From: a virus
Lineage: Duplodnaviria; Caudoviricetes
Virus record (IMG/VR): IMGVR_UViG_3300020151_000179
Coordinates: 1 to 40,085 of that record
DNA length: 40,085 nucleotides
Reading direction: 5' to 3' (one strand)
Below, piece after piece: positions 22,756 to 31,589 of the stretch. Below the pieces are notes generated by a model. The model was not told where the DNA came from. It saw nothing but the letters and a program-made list of their open reading frames with translations, and did no database searches. Each line of letters opens with the position of its first letter. The first letter of the stretch is position 1. The position numbers and the translations under genes are program-made.

Positions 22756-24758
22756 TAGTAGATCGCGGCCCCCGCGCCAATGGCGGTTCCAAGTAGCTGT
22801 CCGCTCTGACCCGCCGCTGCCGTGTTGGCTTGCGAAACCATGTTGTTGTAGCTGTTCTGCGCGTTGAGAACGCCGCCGAGACCCGTAATGTTCTGCCCCA
22901 TACCCGTCTGCTGGAATCCCGCGCCCTGTGCCATACCCGTAAGGAGTTGCCCGCCCGGCTGCATCGTGTTGGCAACGGCCGCGTTCCCGGCGTTGGTGGA
23001 CACTCCGTACGCCCCTTGGGACGCTCCGGGAAGGTTGCGGTACAGCCCAGCCACGTCCAGCTTGCGGGCCCAGTTCGTGGAATCGTCCTGTAGGCGCAGG
23101 TTGCGGTTGTTCATGTTGCGCTGCAGTCCGAGTTGGCCCTGCTCCATATTCATACCGCGATTGGCAAGCAACCCCTGCGTCATCCGGTCGTTGGATGCGT
23201 TGCGGGAATCATAATCCTGAGCCATGGCGGCACGGCGCTGGTCGTATACTTGGTTGCCTTGCGCGTAGGCTTGGTTCATCCCGGCGTACCGACGGTCCAA
23301 GTCTTCATTACTCTGGGCGCGGGCCCGGTCCATCCCGGCGTATCGCTGATCAAATGCTTGGTTTCCCTGTGCGTACGAACGGTCCATCCCGGCGTACCGA
23401 CGGTCCGAGTCTTCATTACTCTGGGCGCGTGCTTGGTTCATCCCGGCGTACCGCTGCGCGTATTCCTCATTAGTCAGCGCCCGGGCACGGTCCATGGCTC
23501 CGTACCTCTGATCGTACGCTTGGTTGCCTTGCGCGTATTCATCACCCATTGCAGCCCGACTCTGCTCGTACTGAGCATTACGCGCTTGGTAGTTCTGACC
23601 GATGAGCCCACGGGCTTGGTCTATGCCAGCGGTACGAGCGGCGTTAGCCCGACTGGAGATCAACCCGGCGTTCGAGTACCCCTGAGTGGCCGCAGCAGCA
23701 GCCATCCTCTCCGGCGAATACCCCAACCGGGCGGCTTGGCGCATGAGCATACCGGCTTGCTGCGTCATACCACTGCGGGCATCAGCCGTCGCGTTATCTA
23801 CACCGAAGTCGATGTCGGCCCGACGGGCGTCGTAAATACCCCGATTACCACCGGTCATCAATCCGCGCTCGGACGTATTGGCCGCGTCGTTCTGGTTGGC
23901 GTAATCCCGCATCGCCTGTGACCGGGAGGCGTTCGTGCCGTATTGCTGCGCCGAAAACTGATCCAAACCAGCCGTACGCGATCTTGCATCAGCCATCTGT
24001 TGGGCCGACAACTGGTCCATTCCGGCGGTACGACTTCTGCCTTCGGCCATTTGCTGGGCCGAGAATTGGTCCATATTCTGACGCTGCGCCGCATTGGCCT
24101 CCAACTGCTGGGCGGATAACTGGTCCATTCCGGCGGTACGACTTCTACCTTCGGCCATCTGTTGGGCCGAGAATTGGTCCATATTCTGACGCTGCGCCAT
24201 GTTCGCGTCTTGTTGCCCACGGGACTGGGCTTCCAACCCCGCCCGCCCGACTACATCTGCTGCCTGATTGGCGTCATAGCGAGACATGATGCCTTGCCGG
24301 TCGGCCTCAGCTTGGCCTTGCATAGCATCGTAATTGCGGCCTATAGCCGCACGGTCAGCCTCATCCCGCGCCGTGAAGTCCGTCGTCGACTGGCGATTGA
24401 GCGACTCTTCGACCGGCCGCTGATTGGCCTTCATGTAGTTGTAGTAATCGTCCCCCTGCGTCCGCGCCTGATCCATCAGGGCGATCTGCGAGTTCGACAC
24501 CCGGTCGGAAACGCCTCGGTTGATGTCGTACTGGCGACGAGTCTCAGCTAGTTGTTCGCGGCCAAGTGCTGCGCCTATCTGAGCAGCTTCTGTGGAGGAG
24601 GTAGCAAGCGGGGTATAGTCCGGCGGCGGCGGCGGAGCCGGAGAATCACCACCAAAGATGAAATCGTTGTATACGACTTTGCCCCACGAATGCTTCGGGG
24701 GCGCGGCGTACGGGTCGCCCAGAGGAATGTCCCCGGCGGGGTTAAGGCGCATACGCAT
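22755..24758 (-). CDS. Probable ejection / DNA-pilot protein with 18-aa helical repeats
   Basis: Start taken as ATG 24758 (GGAGG upstream). GGDSPAPPPPPDY near the N-terminus, Gln/Ala/Met-rich body, Gly-rich hydrophobic C-terminus. Confidence 0.7.
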   Translation of the reverse strand: MRMRLNPAGDIPLGDPYAAPPKHSWGKVVYNDFIFGGDSPAPPPPPDYTPLATSSTEAAQIGAALGREQLAETRRQYDINRGVSDRVSNSQIALMDQARTQGDDYYNYMKANQRPVEESLNRQSTTDFTARDEADRAAIGRNYDAMQGQAEADRQGIMSRYDANQAADVVGRAGLEAQSRGQQDANMAQRQNMDQFSAQQMAEGRSRTAGMDQLSAQQLEANAAQRQNMDQFSAQQMAEGRSRTAGMDQLSAQQMADARSRTAGLDQFSAQQYGTNASRSQAMRDYANQNDAANTSERGLMTGGNRGIYDARRADIDFGVDNATADARSGMTQQAGMLMRQAARLGYSPERMAAAAATQGYSNAGLISSRANAARTAGIDQARGLIGQNYQARNAQYEQSRAAMGDEYAQGNQAYDQRYGAMDRARALTNEEYAQRYAGMNQARAQSNEDSDRRYAGMDRSYAQGNQAFDQRYAGMDRARAQSNEDLDRRYAGMNQAYAQGNQVYDQRRAAMAQDYDSRNASNDRMTQGLLANRGMNMEQGQLGLQRNMNNRNLRLQDDSTNWARKLDVAGLYRNLPGASQGAYGVSTNAGNAAVANTMQPGGQLLTGMAQGAGFQQTGMGQNITGLGGVLNAQNSYNNMVSQANTAAAGQSGQLLGTAIGAGAAIY
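23230..24200. repeat. Two blocks of degenerate 54-bp (18-aa) coding repeats with a 108-bp higher-order period
   Basis: TGGTCCATTCCGGCGGTACGACTTCT at about 24013 and 24121; CTTCATTACTCTGGGCGCG at about 23303 and 23411. Confidence 0.85.
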
Positions 24759-25101
24759 ATTCACACCCTCCTGCAATTCTTTGTTTTAGGACCATACCGC
24801 CGATGGTTGCCATCTTGGCCCCTACGCTGTCAAAGCGCACTTTCGTAAGTGTATATCCTCTGGCGTTCGCCCACTCGGCAATCTGCCGAAGACGCCGCCT
24901 AGAAGCCCATTTCCCCCGAAATTCGGGGAGTACTCCAAGGTGAAAATACCGGTCTTTCCCTGCCACAGCACCAGCTACGACACCGTCCAGAAACAAAGCA
25001 ACTACGTCCCACCCGGCCGGGTCAACCAACCCCCGGTCGCGGTAGCACTTCACAAACACGTCGTGTGCCGTTGGGTGGGGAGCGATGGTGAACTCGGTCA
25101 T
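24742..25101 (-). CDS. GNAT-fold acetyltransferase-like protein (position analogous to T7 gp13)
   Basis: FHLGVLPEFRGKW acyl-CoA-binding-like motif; lies between the tail and ejection genes. Confidence 0.7.
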   Translation of the reverse strand: MTEFTIAPHPTAHDVFVKCYRDRGLVDPAGWDVVALFLDGVVAGAVAGKDRYFHLGVLPEFRGKWASRRRLRQIAEWANARGYTLTKVRFDSVGAKMATIGGMVLKQRIAGGCEYAYAP

Positions 25102-25295
25102 CCTTGCAACAACTCCAGTATTTCGTTGATCTTCGCCGCGATCTCCGGGGCCGTTACGGTGTCAGGGTTGGGGATCAGTGCAACGGTGGACCGCCTGCGG
25201 CCCATGATGATCTCCAAGGACTCGACCACAGCCCCGTCGAACCGGGTACGGCTCTCGCCATTTTTTGGTAAGGAAGGGATGCCGGGCTTTTTCAT
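25098..25295 (-). CDS. Small hypothetical virion-module protein
   Basis: 65 aa, ATGA-coupled to both neighbours. Confidence 0.7.
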   Translation of the reverse strand: MKKPGIPSLPKNGESRTRFDGAVVESLEIIMGRRRSTVALIPNPDTVTAPEIAAKINEILELLQG

Positions 25296-27307
25296 CCGCT
25301 GTTTAACCCGACCATGGTTTCGGCGATACGTACTTCTTTAATGTTGCACTGCGACAGAATCTCGATGTGGAACACGTCGCGCTTATACCCCGCCGGGAGA
25401 CGGAACGCCGTGTTGTTGCTGACCGTGCGGGTAGCAAGCAGGGTGTCGCCGCTGTAAAGGTTGAAAGTCACCTCGTTGGTGACTGCGTTTTCCGGGTAAG
25501 TGACCATGGCAGACCCGTTGATGGGGTGCGCTGAAATAATCGAAGCGTTGATCGACCCCTTGACTGCTTGGGGGGACGCTGCAATCAAGGCCGCGTTGGC
25601 GGCTACCACAACAGCCTGAGCAGCATCTATCGCCGCTTGCTGCACCGGATCTATGGCAAGGTCGAAGTCAATCTTCGCAGCGCCCAAGTTCACCGGGGCG
25701 GAGAATACAAACTCCTTACTCATCCAATCAGAAAACAATACTACTTTAGACGGGTCGTCCCAAAGGAGTATCCCCTCGCTTGTCGTCAGGTACAGTTCGC
25801 CCGTCGCCTCGTCTGTGTACAACTCGTAGGCCGACACGTCCGCAGTGGTATGTAATTCCCCGTCAAAAATTAGTATTTTTTTAGTCCCGGCATCATTGTC
25901 GTACGCCACATACACGCGTTCGTTGGCGGTAGCGCACACCATGGTACTGGGGTTGAGATCATCCCACTCGTCCCGGGTGTAAAACGGTTTAGTGAAAAGG
26001 ACCGCACCCGACGGCCCGGCGCTGATTAGGCCATGCTTCGACGCGTACAGGACCCCGCCTGCGTAGCTGATCACGCTGCGCTTGGATAAACAAGGGTACA
26101 TACCCTCCACGTTTTCCCCGGACATGGACAACGGCTCAGTACCCACAACTACGAAAGGCGTACCCGCCGTGGCCATGATGATGGTCGAGCCTGCCGTAGC
26201 CAAGCCAACGCCGTTGAACCCGGACGATAGCTGATACGCTGTCGGCCACGCGTGGGGTTGGGTAGGCTCGGAAAAGCACAGCAGGTTGTTGACAAACCCT
26301 ACCAACGCGCCTGAAGAGTGGACACATAGACCAGTCAATCCAACCGGGGGCGGTACCCACCCGACAGAGACCAGATCGTCACCGGCTATAAGGGAGTCCG
26401 ACAGGGTGTCGCTGTACGTAGTAGTTGCGACCGCAACTCCAGTAGCGTTGATTAACTGGAATACACCGGTAGTTCCGGTCGTGCGGTATAAATTCTTGGT
26501 CATGCCGCTGATATTCCACGGCGTGCTGCGAGCCCACGACACGGCCGTTGCGTAGTTACCAGCAACCGTGAATGTGGACGCCGAGGGAACGGATGCCACC
26601 GTAAGCGTGCCTAGAACTGTAGGGGATGCATTGCTCAGCACCACGGAGTCACCTACCCGCAACCAGTGCTTAGCCGCCGCAGTGGCAGTGAAGGTCGTCA
26701 CCGAGGAAAACGCGGCCGTCCCAACCCCTGAGTTGGCAGGAGCGGTATCCATCGCGGCAATAGCCCACGTACCGTCGGGCTTAGCCGTAGCCGATAGCGA
26801 CAACGGCGAAGGAGAAGACTCCTCCCCCAAGGCGGTTTCAAACGTGTAGCAGTAGAACCGCGTTACATCCGTTTCGTGGCCACCCGAGGGGGTCACTGTA
26901 GGGGCTGTTTGCGGTGTCGGCACACCTAGCGTGAACTCGGACGCGGCCAAGGGGAAGTTGTTGGTGCTGCCGACAACAGCAGACGTATACACCGCCATCT
27001 TGGGTACGCCGTCGCCGGTCCAGCAGAACCGGGACGTTACATCTGTGGGCAGTGGAGCGCGAACACAGTCGACGTCAATCGGCCACGAAAACCAATCCGA
27101 TGAGGATGTGCCATTACGCGCTTTGAATATGGACAGTGCCGGATTCGTCTTCGGGGTAAGTGGAACATACGATAACCCCGGCTCATGCAAGGGGCGAAGT
27201 TCCCCCGACTGAAGTTTGATGTTGATAGCCCTTTGCGCCGCCGTAGGGGGCAAAAGACGCTTTCCGATTAACGGGAACAACCCTCCGAAAGGGCCAAACT
27301 TGATCAT
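25292..27307 (-). CDS. Tail nozzle / tail tubular protein B-like (DNA stabilization) protein
   Basis: 671 aa, beta-rich; N-terminal FGG...LLP...AQ.A.N; LCFSEP..PHAWP; located between tail fibre and ejection genes. Confidence 0.75.
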   Translation of the reverse strand: MIKFGPFGGLFPLIGKRLLPPTAAQRAINIKLQSGELRPLHEPGLSYVPLTPKTNPALSIFKARNGTSSSDWFSWPIDVDCVRAPLPTDVTSRFCWTGDGVPKMAVYTSAVVGSTNNFPLAASEFTLGVPTPQTAPTVTPSGGHETDVTRFYCYTFETALGEESSPSPLSLSATAKPDGTWAIAAMDTAPANSGVGTAAFSSVTTFTATAAAKHWLRVGDSVVLSNASPTVLGTLTVASVPSASTFTVAGNYATAVSWARSTPWNISGMTKNLYRTTGTTGVFQLINATGVAVATTTYSDTLSDSLIAGDDLVSVGWVPPPVGLTGLCVHSSGALVGFVNNLLCFSEPTQPHAWPTAYQLSSGFNGVGLATAGSTIIMATAGTPFVVVGTEPLSMSGENVEGMYPCLSKRSVISYAGGVLYASKHGLISAGPSGAVLFTKPFYTRDEWDDLNPSTMVCATANERVYVAYDNDAGTKKILIFDGELHTTADVSAYELYTDEATGELYLTTSEGILLWDDPSKVVLFSDWMSKEFVFSAPVNLGAAKIDFDLAIDPVQQAAIDAAQAVVVAANAALIAASPQAVKGSINASIISAHPINGSAMVTYPENAVTNEVTFNLYSGDTLLATRTVSNNTAFRLPAGYKRDVFHIEILSQCNIKEVRIAETMVGLNSG

Positions 27308-27359
27308 CGCTGGGTAGCAGCCTTGAGTGCAGCGGTTGATTGTTCCACATTAAACTTAA

Positions 27360-27515
27360 TCATTTGTCGTTCCTTTTGTTGAACAACTCAAACAGCGTTT
27401 TAATCTTTTCTTCCAGTACCGCAACTCTCAGGTCAATCTTCGACAGCACAATGATTAGCGTGATCAAGGCCAACAAAATAGGCCACGCCTTCACCAGCAT
27501 ATCAAAGGTGTCCAC
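27360..27515 (-). CDS. Small single-TM protein with coiled coil (51 aa, MDTFDMLVKAWPILLAL...)
   Basis: Read manually. GTG start overlaps the upstream TAG; hydrophobic N-terminus. Confidence 0.6.
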   Translation of the reverse strand: MDTFDMLVKAWPILLALITLIIVLSKIDLRVAVLEEKIKTLFELFNKRNDK

Positions 27516-27682
27516 TACACTGCCTTGGTCACAAGGTGGAGGAGCAAGGCAATGATGAAACCCGCAATGGTAATGCCGATATGCTCAATCCGTTTGAGTC
27601 TGGTATTAATTGTTTCGTATCGCAGTTCACACACCGCCTCATGCGAGGTCAGACGAACGTCGAGTTCGTTGGTGGTCGCCAT
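27515..27682 (-). CDS. XhlA-like small membrane protein (55 aa, MATTNELDVRLTSHEAVCELRY...)
   Basis: Read manually. Coiled coil followed by a C-terminal TM helix; TAATG coupling with the upstream gene. Confidence 0.65.
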   Translation of the reverse strand: MATTNELDVRLTSHEAVCELRYETINTRLKRIEHIGITIAGFIIALLLHLVTKAV

Positions 27683-27864
27683 TATTTATCCGAGATCGGT
27701 TGAGTGGTCATAAAACGCAGCACGACGATTGCAACCGCAATGGCCCCGCCGATTGCCGCTTGAATTGCGGGTTGCACGGGAATCTGGAAAAGGAACCCCT
27801 GCGCTACGCTGAGAAGCGCGACGATGATGCCGAGCCAGACCGTTTTGGATTTGAGGATGTTCAT
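27682..27864 (-). CDS. Holin-like two-TM protein
   Basis: 60 aa; KSKTVW start, two hydrophobic helices, LRFMTTQPI end. Confidence 0.65.
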   Translation of the reverse strand: MNILKSKTVWLGIIVALLSVAQGFLFQIPVQPAIQAAIGGAIAVAIVVLRFMTTQPISDK

Positions 27865-27876
27865 AAGTTTGCGTCC

Positions 27877-28035
27877 TTATTCATCTTTTACTTCGGCTTT
27901 AACCAGTTCATCAATCCTGCGCCCAGCCGCAGCCAGCAGCGCCCTCAGATGCACCACTTCATTCAACGCTGCGTCCCGCTGCATCTGTACAGCTTGCACA
28001 ATGTCCTGCGGCTCAGTCTTCAGTTCTTCGCTCAC
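27877..28035 (-). CDS. Small coiled-coil hypothetical protein (52 aa, MSEELKTEPQ...)
   Basis: Read manually; AAGGA RBS before the GTG. Confidence 0.6.
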   Translation of the reverse strand: MSEELKTEPQDIVQAVQMQRDAALNEVVHLRALLAAAGRRIDELVKAEVKDE

Positions 28036-28068
28036 GGTAGTCCTTGCTGGTTGTTTTAAGAATGGTTA

Positions 28069-28284
28069 CTACGCCGCTGCCTGTTGCAGAGGTGTCAGGT
28101 CTTCTGTCGTCCAAAAGTCCTTAGCCACCATAAGGGCGAGGTGTTCTTTATTGCGACTGAGGCAATCAGCCCAATCCTCGTCCGTCATGCGTTCGGGCTT
28201 ACCTGCGTTAATCAGGTTCACCGAGTCCATCGCCGCACTGTAGTGCTTGGCAATTTGTTCTGCGCTAGGTTTTTCGATAGCCAT
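28069..28284 (-). CDS. Small protein downstream of the tail fibre (possible fibre accessory)
   Basis: 71 aa, AAGGA RBS, directly after the tail fibre. Confidence 0.7.
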   Translation of the reverse strand: MAIEKPSAEQIAKHYSAAMDSVNLINAGKPERMTDEDWADCLSRNKEHLALMVAKDFWTTEDLTPLQQAAA

Positions 28285-28293
28285 TTTGTTTCC

Positions 28294-31200
28294 TTACGGG
28301 TGGGAGTTTTTGTAGGATTGAAAGTCGGCGTTGAGTTCTTTAATTGCGTTGACCAAATACCAAGTTAAGTTGTCTGCGTCCACAGACATAACGCCAGTGG
28401 ATTCGGTCTTAACGCATTCAGGCAAAACTTGTTGAAGTTCTTGGGCAATTACACCAAGCTGGATGCCTTCTTTTTTAATGGCGTCGGAAGGTTTGAGTTC
28501 CGCATCCACTTCTTCGGGCAGACGGTACTCAAAGTTACGCACCTGAATGGCGGTAATCTTTCCCAGACCCACGTTGTTATCGACAATGTTTTTCTTGATG
28601 CGGCGGTCAGATGTGGTTGACCACGTTGTGGTGTTGTTGCCTTGATATACACCGCCTGTATTTGGGTTAATAAAACCAGTGTTTGAGCCTTTACCGTTAG
28701 TTCCAGAAACACCACCCTGAATAACAATTTCGCCACTACTTGATTGCGTACCACCACCAATTGCGTAACCTATATAGACACACCCGTCTCCACTTGTTTT
28801 ATAGTTACCATAATCTCCAGCAAGATAACCAATAGCTACGTTATACCCACCTGTTGGGTTTGAGGCTAACGCTGACATTCCTACGCAAGTATTTGCAAGG
28901 CCAATCGTATTTGCATACCCAGCCAGATAACCTACAGCAACGTTTTGTGCGCCTGTGGTGTTGGAGAGGAGTGCTTGGTCACCAATTGCAGTATTAAACG
29001 ACCCAGTTGTATTTGCGTACAAAGAACGATACGCTCCAAAAGCTGCGTTGTTTGTTCCCGTGGTGTTTGAATATCCTGCCTGATATCCAAAAAATGCACC
29101 ATTGTTTGCGTTGTTTGTATATCCTGCTTGAACACCAAATACTGTTACTTGTGTGGCGGTAGTGCCTGTATACCCCGCCTGATAACCTACAGCAGTGTTG
29201 TTTGAGGCTGTGCCGTTGTTGTAAAGGGACTGATAACCCAAAGCGGCGTTGTAATTACCTGTTGTATTATACCTAAGAGCGTATAGACCCAAAGCAGCGT
29301 TATAACTACCTGTAGTGTTGTAGTACAAAGCATCAAAGCCAACTGCTGTGTTTTCTGTTCCAGTTGTATTTGTATATAAAGCCCTTGCCCCAACGGCAAC
29401 ATGATCTGCTCCAGTCGTATTGCTATATCCCGCTTCCATTCCAACACCCACGTTGTAACTAGCCGTGGTTGAGAGTCTTAGCGCAGAAGCGCCAACAGCG
29501 GTGTTGCCTGTGCCGGTGGTATTGGTAAAAAGCGAACCATGACCTAAAGCAGTGTCGCTATTGCCTGTGGTGGTGTAGAACCCAGCTTGATACCCAAAAA
29601 ATGCGTGGTTGACGCTGGTGTTGTATATACCTGCCTGAGCGCCGAAAAAACTATTGTTACCGCCAGTAGTATTGCTATACCCCGTTTGAAAACCTACAGC
29701 AGTGTTGTAACTGCCTGTGCTGTTGGTGCGTAAAGCCTCTCCTCCCATAGAAGTGTTGGCTTGACCCGTGGTGGTGCCATATCCAGCTTGAATACCTACA
29801 CCAACGTTGTAGTTTGCTGTGGTGTTGCTATAAAGAGCGTTATGCCCAACTGCTGTGTTGAGCGCCCCCGTTGTATTTAGATAAAGCGCCAAATCTCCAA
29901 ACGCTGAGTTTTGATAGCCAGTTGTATTGGAATACAGTGCCCCATAACCAAAGGCATTTAGGTAATACCCAGTGGTATTGCTGTACAAAGCCCCGCTACC
30001 AAACGCTTGTAGTACGCCGCCCGATGTAGTGCTATACGCTGCTCTGTAACCAACAGCAGTGTTGTCAGAACCTGTGGTATTGGCAGTAAGAGCCTCTTTA
30101 CCAACTGCCGTACTGTTTGAGGCTGTGGTGTTGGCAGAAAGGGCTAAAGCACCGATAGCCGTGTGGCTTGCACCAGTATTTACTGACAACGCGTAATAAC
30201 CCACTCCAACGTTTTGGCCACTGTTATTCGATACTGAACCTAAAGCCAATGTACCTATGGCTACGTTGTATCCTGCGGTGGTATTGCCACGACCCGCTAA
30301 ATACCCAATAAACTGATTGTCTGGCCCGGTGGTGTTTCCAAATCCGGCTTGATAACCTACAAAAGCGTTTTGTGTTCCTGTGGTATTCGTATACCCAGAC
30401 TGATAGCCCACAGCAGTGTTGCCAGAGGCTGAAGATGCACTATACAAAGCTGAATCGCCTAGCGCCACATTGTATGAGCCAGACATGACGTTGGCTGCGC
30501 CAATGTTTACACCAACCAATGTATTGGATGAGCCAGTATTGTTGTACCCTGCTCTATAGCCAATTTCTGTATTGTTTGTTGTTGTTGTATGACTAACCCC
30601 CGCCTGATAACCTACAGCAGTGTTGCTGCTGCCTGTGGTGTTGGCTTGAAGTGACTGATAGCCAACCGCAGTATTACTAGACACAGCACCACCACCAAGA
30701 CCCACGGTCAAGGTTTGGATGGTTACGACACCTGCTTGTGAAATAGCCAGCCGAGAACCCCAACCCCCGTTATAAGTGTCGATGTTGAAGTCGCCAGCAG
30801 TTCCTTCGCGTATTCCCGAAGCGGCTAGGTAAAAGTTAAACGTGCCGGGACTGTTGCTGGTAGTTATAGAGCGAAAGAAGCTGGTGCCGCTAAGAGTTAC
30901 GCTCCCACTCGCATTGATCGCCGCTGCGGTGGTGGTTCCGCCAACGGCAAGAGTGCCCGGAAGGGCTCCGTTGGACGCACCGAACATAGTCATTACGGTC
31001 CACGACGACGCAGTCGTACCGGTTATAAGAACGCAGATAATATCCGCGCTGTTTCCGGGCTGAATGGCAACAACGGCATTACTGCCCGATGAATTTACGG
31101 TGACTATGCCGGTACTGTTGTTGTTGATAGTGAACGACTTCCCGGTATACAGTGTAGACACTACTGGCAACACCACCGTGTGCGTGGTAGTCCCGGTCAA

Positions 31201-31587
31201 TGTCTGGATTTCTGTGCTGCCCTTGGTAAGAGTCAGCGTGCCAGCTGAGGTTGCCGTAGTGGTAAAACCCGGGCGCGTACGAAAGTCGGTCAACTCCCCG
31301 GCGGTAATACGCTGTTCAATCAGGTCGCCAATGGCCCACGTAGTTGCACTTGTCCCTTCCTCGCCACGCGTAACCGTAAGCACATCCGAGGCAGCGGCAC
31401 GGGCGGTGATCTTGATGACTTCCCGCGTACCGGCGGTATTCTCCAACGTAATGAACGCAACGTCGGGGGAAACGATGATGGGGAACCGGTCCCCATGCCC
31501 GGTCTGAACCGTGACGGAGGTTTGCCCGCTGGAAGTGATGGCGGCGGCAAGAGTGGAGAACGCATTGTTGTTGTACAGAGTTGGCAT
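28294..31587 (-). CDS. Tail fibre with beta-solenoid (YadA-head-like) repeats and C-terminal S74 intramolecular chaperone
   Basis: Dozens of NTAVGYQAGYxNTTG-type repeats; TSDRRIKKNI autocleavage motif; GVIAQELQQVLPE; terminal coiled coil. Confidence 0.92.
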   Translation of the reverse strand: MPTLYNNNAFSTLAAAITSSGQTSVTVQTGHGDRFPIIVSPDVAFITLENTAGTREVIKITARAAASDVLTVTRGEEGTSATTWAIGDLIEQRITAGELTDFRTRPGFTTTATSAGTLTLTKGSTEIQTLTGTTTHTVVLPVVSTLYTGKSFTINNNSTGIVTVNSSGSNAVVAIQPGNSADIICVLITGTTASSWTVMTMFGASNGALPGTLAVGGTTTAAAINASGSVTLSGTSFFRSITTSNSPGTFNFYLAASGIREGTAGDFNIDTYNGGWGSRLAISQAGVVTIQTLTVGLGGGAVSSNTAVGYQSLQANTTGSSNTAVGYQAGVSHTTTTNNTEIGYRAGYNNTGSSNTLVGVNIGAANVMSGSYNVALGDSALYSASSASGNTAVGYQSGYTNTTGTQNAFVGYQAGFGNTTGPDNQFIGYLAGRGNTTAGYNVAIGTLALGSVSNNSGQNVGVGYYALSVNTGASHTAIGALALSANTTASNSTAVGKEALTANTTGSDNTAVGYRAAYSTTSGGVLQAFGSGALYSNTTGYYLNAFGYGALYSNTTGYQNSAFGDLALYLNTTGALNTAVGHNALYSNTTANYNVGVGIQAGYGTTTGQANTSMGGEALRTNSTGSYNTAVGFQTGYSNTTGGNNSFFGAQAGIYNTSVNHAFFGYQAGFYTTTGNSDTALGHGSLFTNTTGTGNTAVGASALRLSTTASYNVGVGMEAGYSNTTGADHVAVGARALYTNTTGTENTAVGFDALYYNTTGSYNAALGLYALRYNTTGNYNAALGYQSLYNNGTASNNTAVGYQAGYTGTTATQVTVFGVQAGYTNNANNGAFFGYQAGYSNTTGTNNAAFGAYRSLYANTTGSFNTAIGDQALLSNTTGAQNVAVGYLAGYANTIGLANTCVGMSALASNPTGGYNVAIGYLAGDYGNYKTSGDGCVYIGYAIGGGTQSSSGEIVIQGGVSGTNGKGSNTGFINPNTGGVYQGNNTTTWSTTSDRRIKKNIVDNNVGLGKITAIQVRNFEYRLPEEVDAELKPSDAIKKEGIQLGVIAQELQQVLPECVKTESTGVMSVDADNLTWYLVNAIKELNADFQSYKNSHP

Positions 31588-31589
31588 GG

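Noticed and set aside
23230-24200. Regularly spaced repeats resembling a CRISPR array
   Set aside because: They are degenerate, in-frame coding repeats with no unique spacers. The Cas4-like gene is an ordinary phage exonuclease and no other cas genes are present.
28294-31587. Diversity-generating retroelement target in the AAC-rich tail fibre
   Set aside because: No reverse transcriptase or template/variable repeat pair is visible in the window, and the fibre ends in an S74 chaperone.
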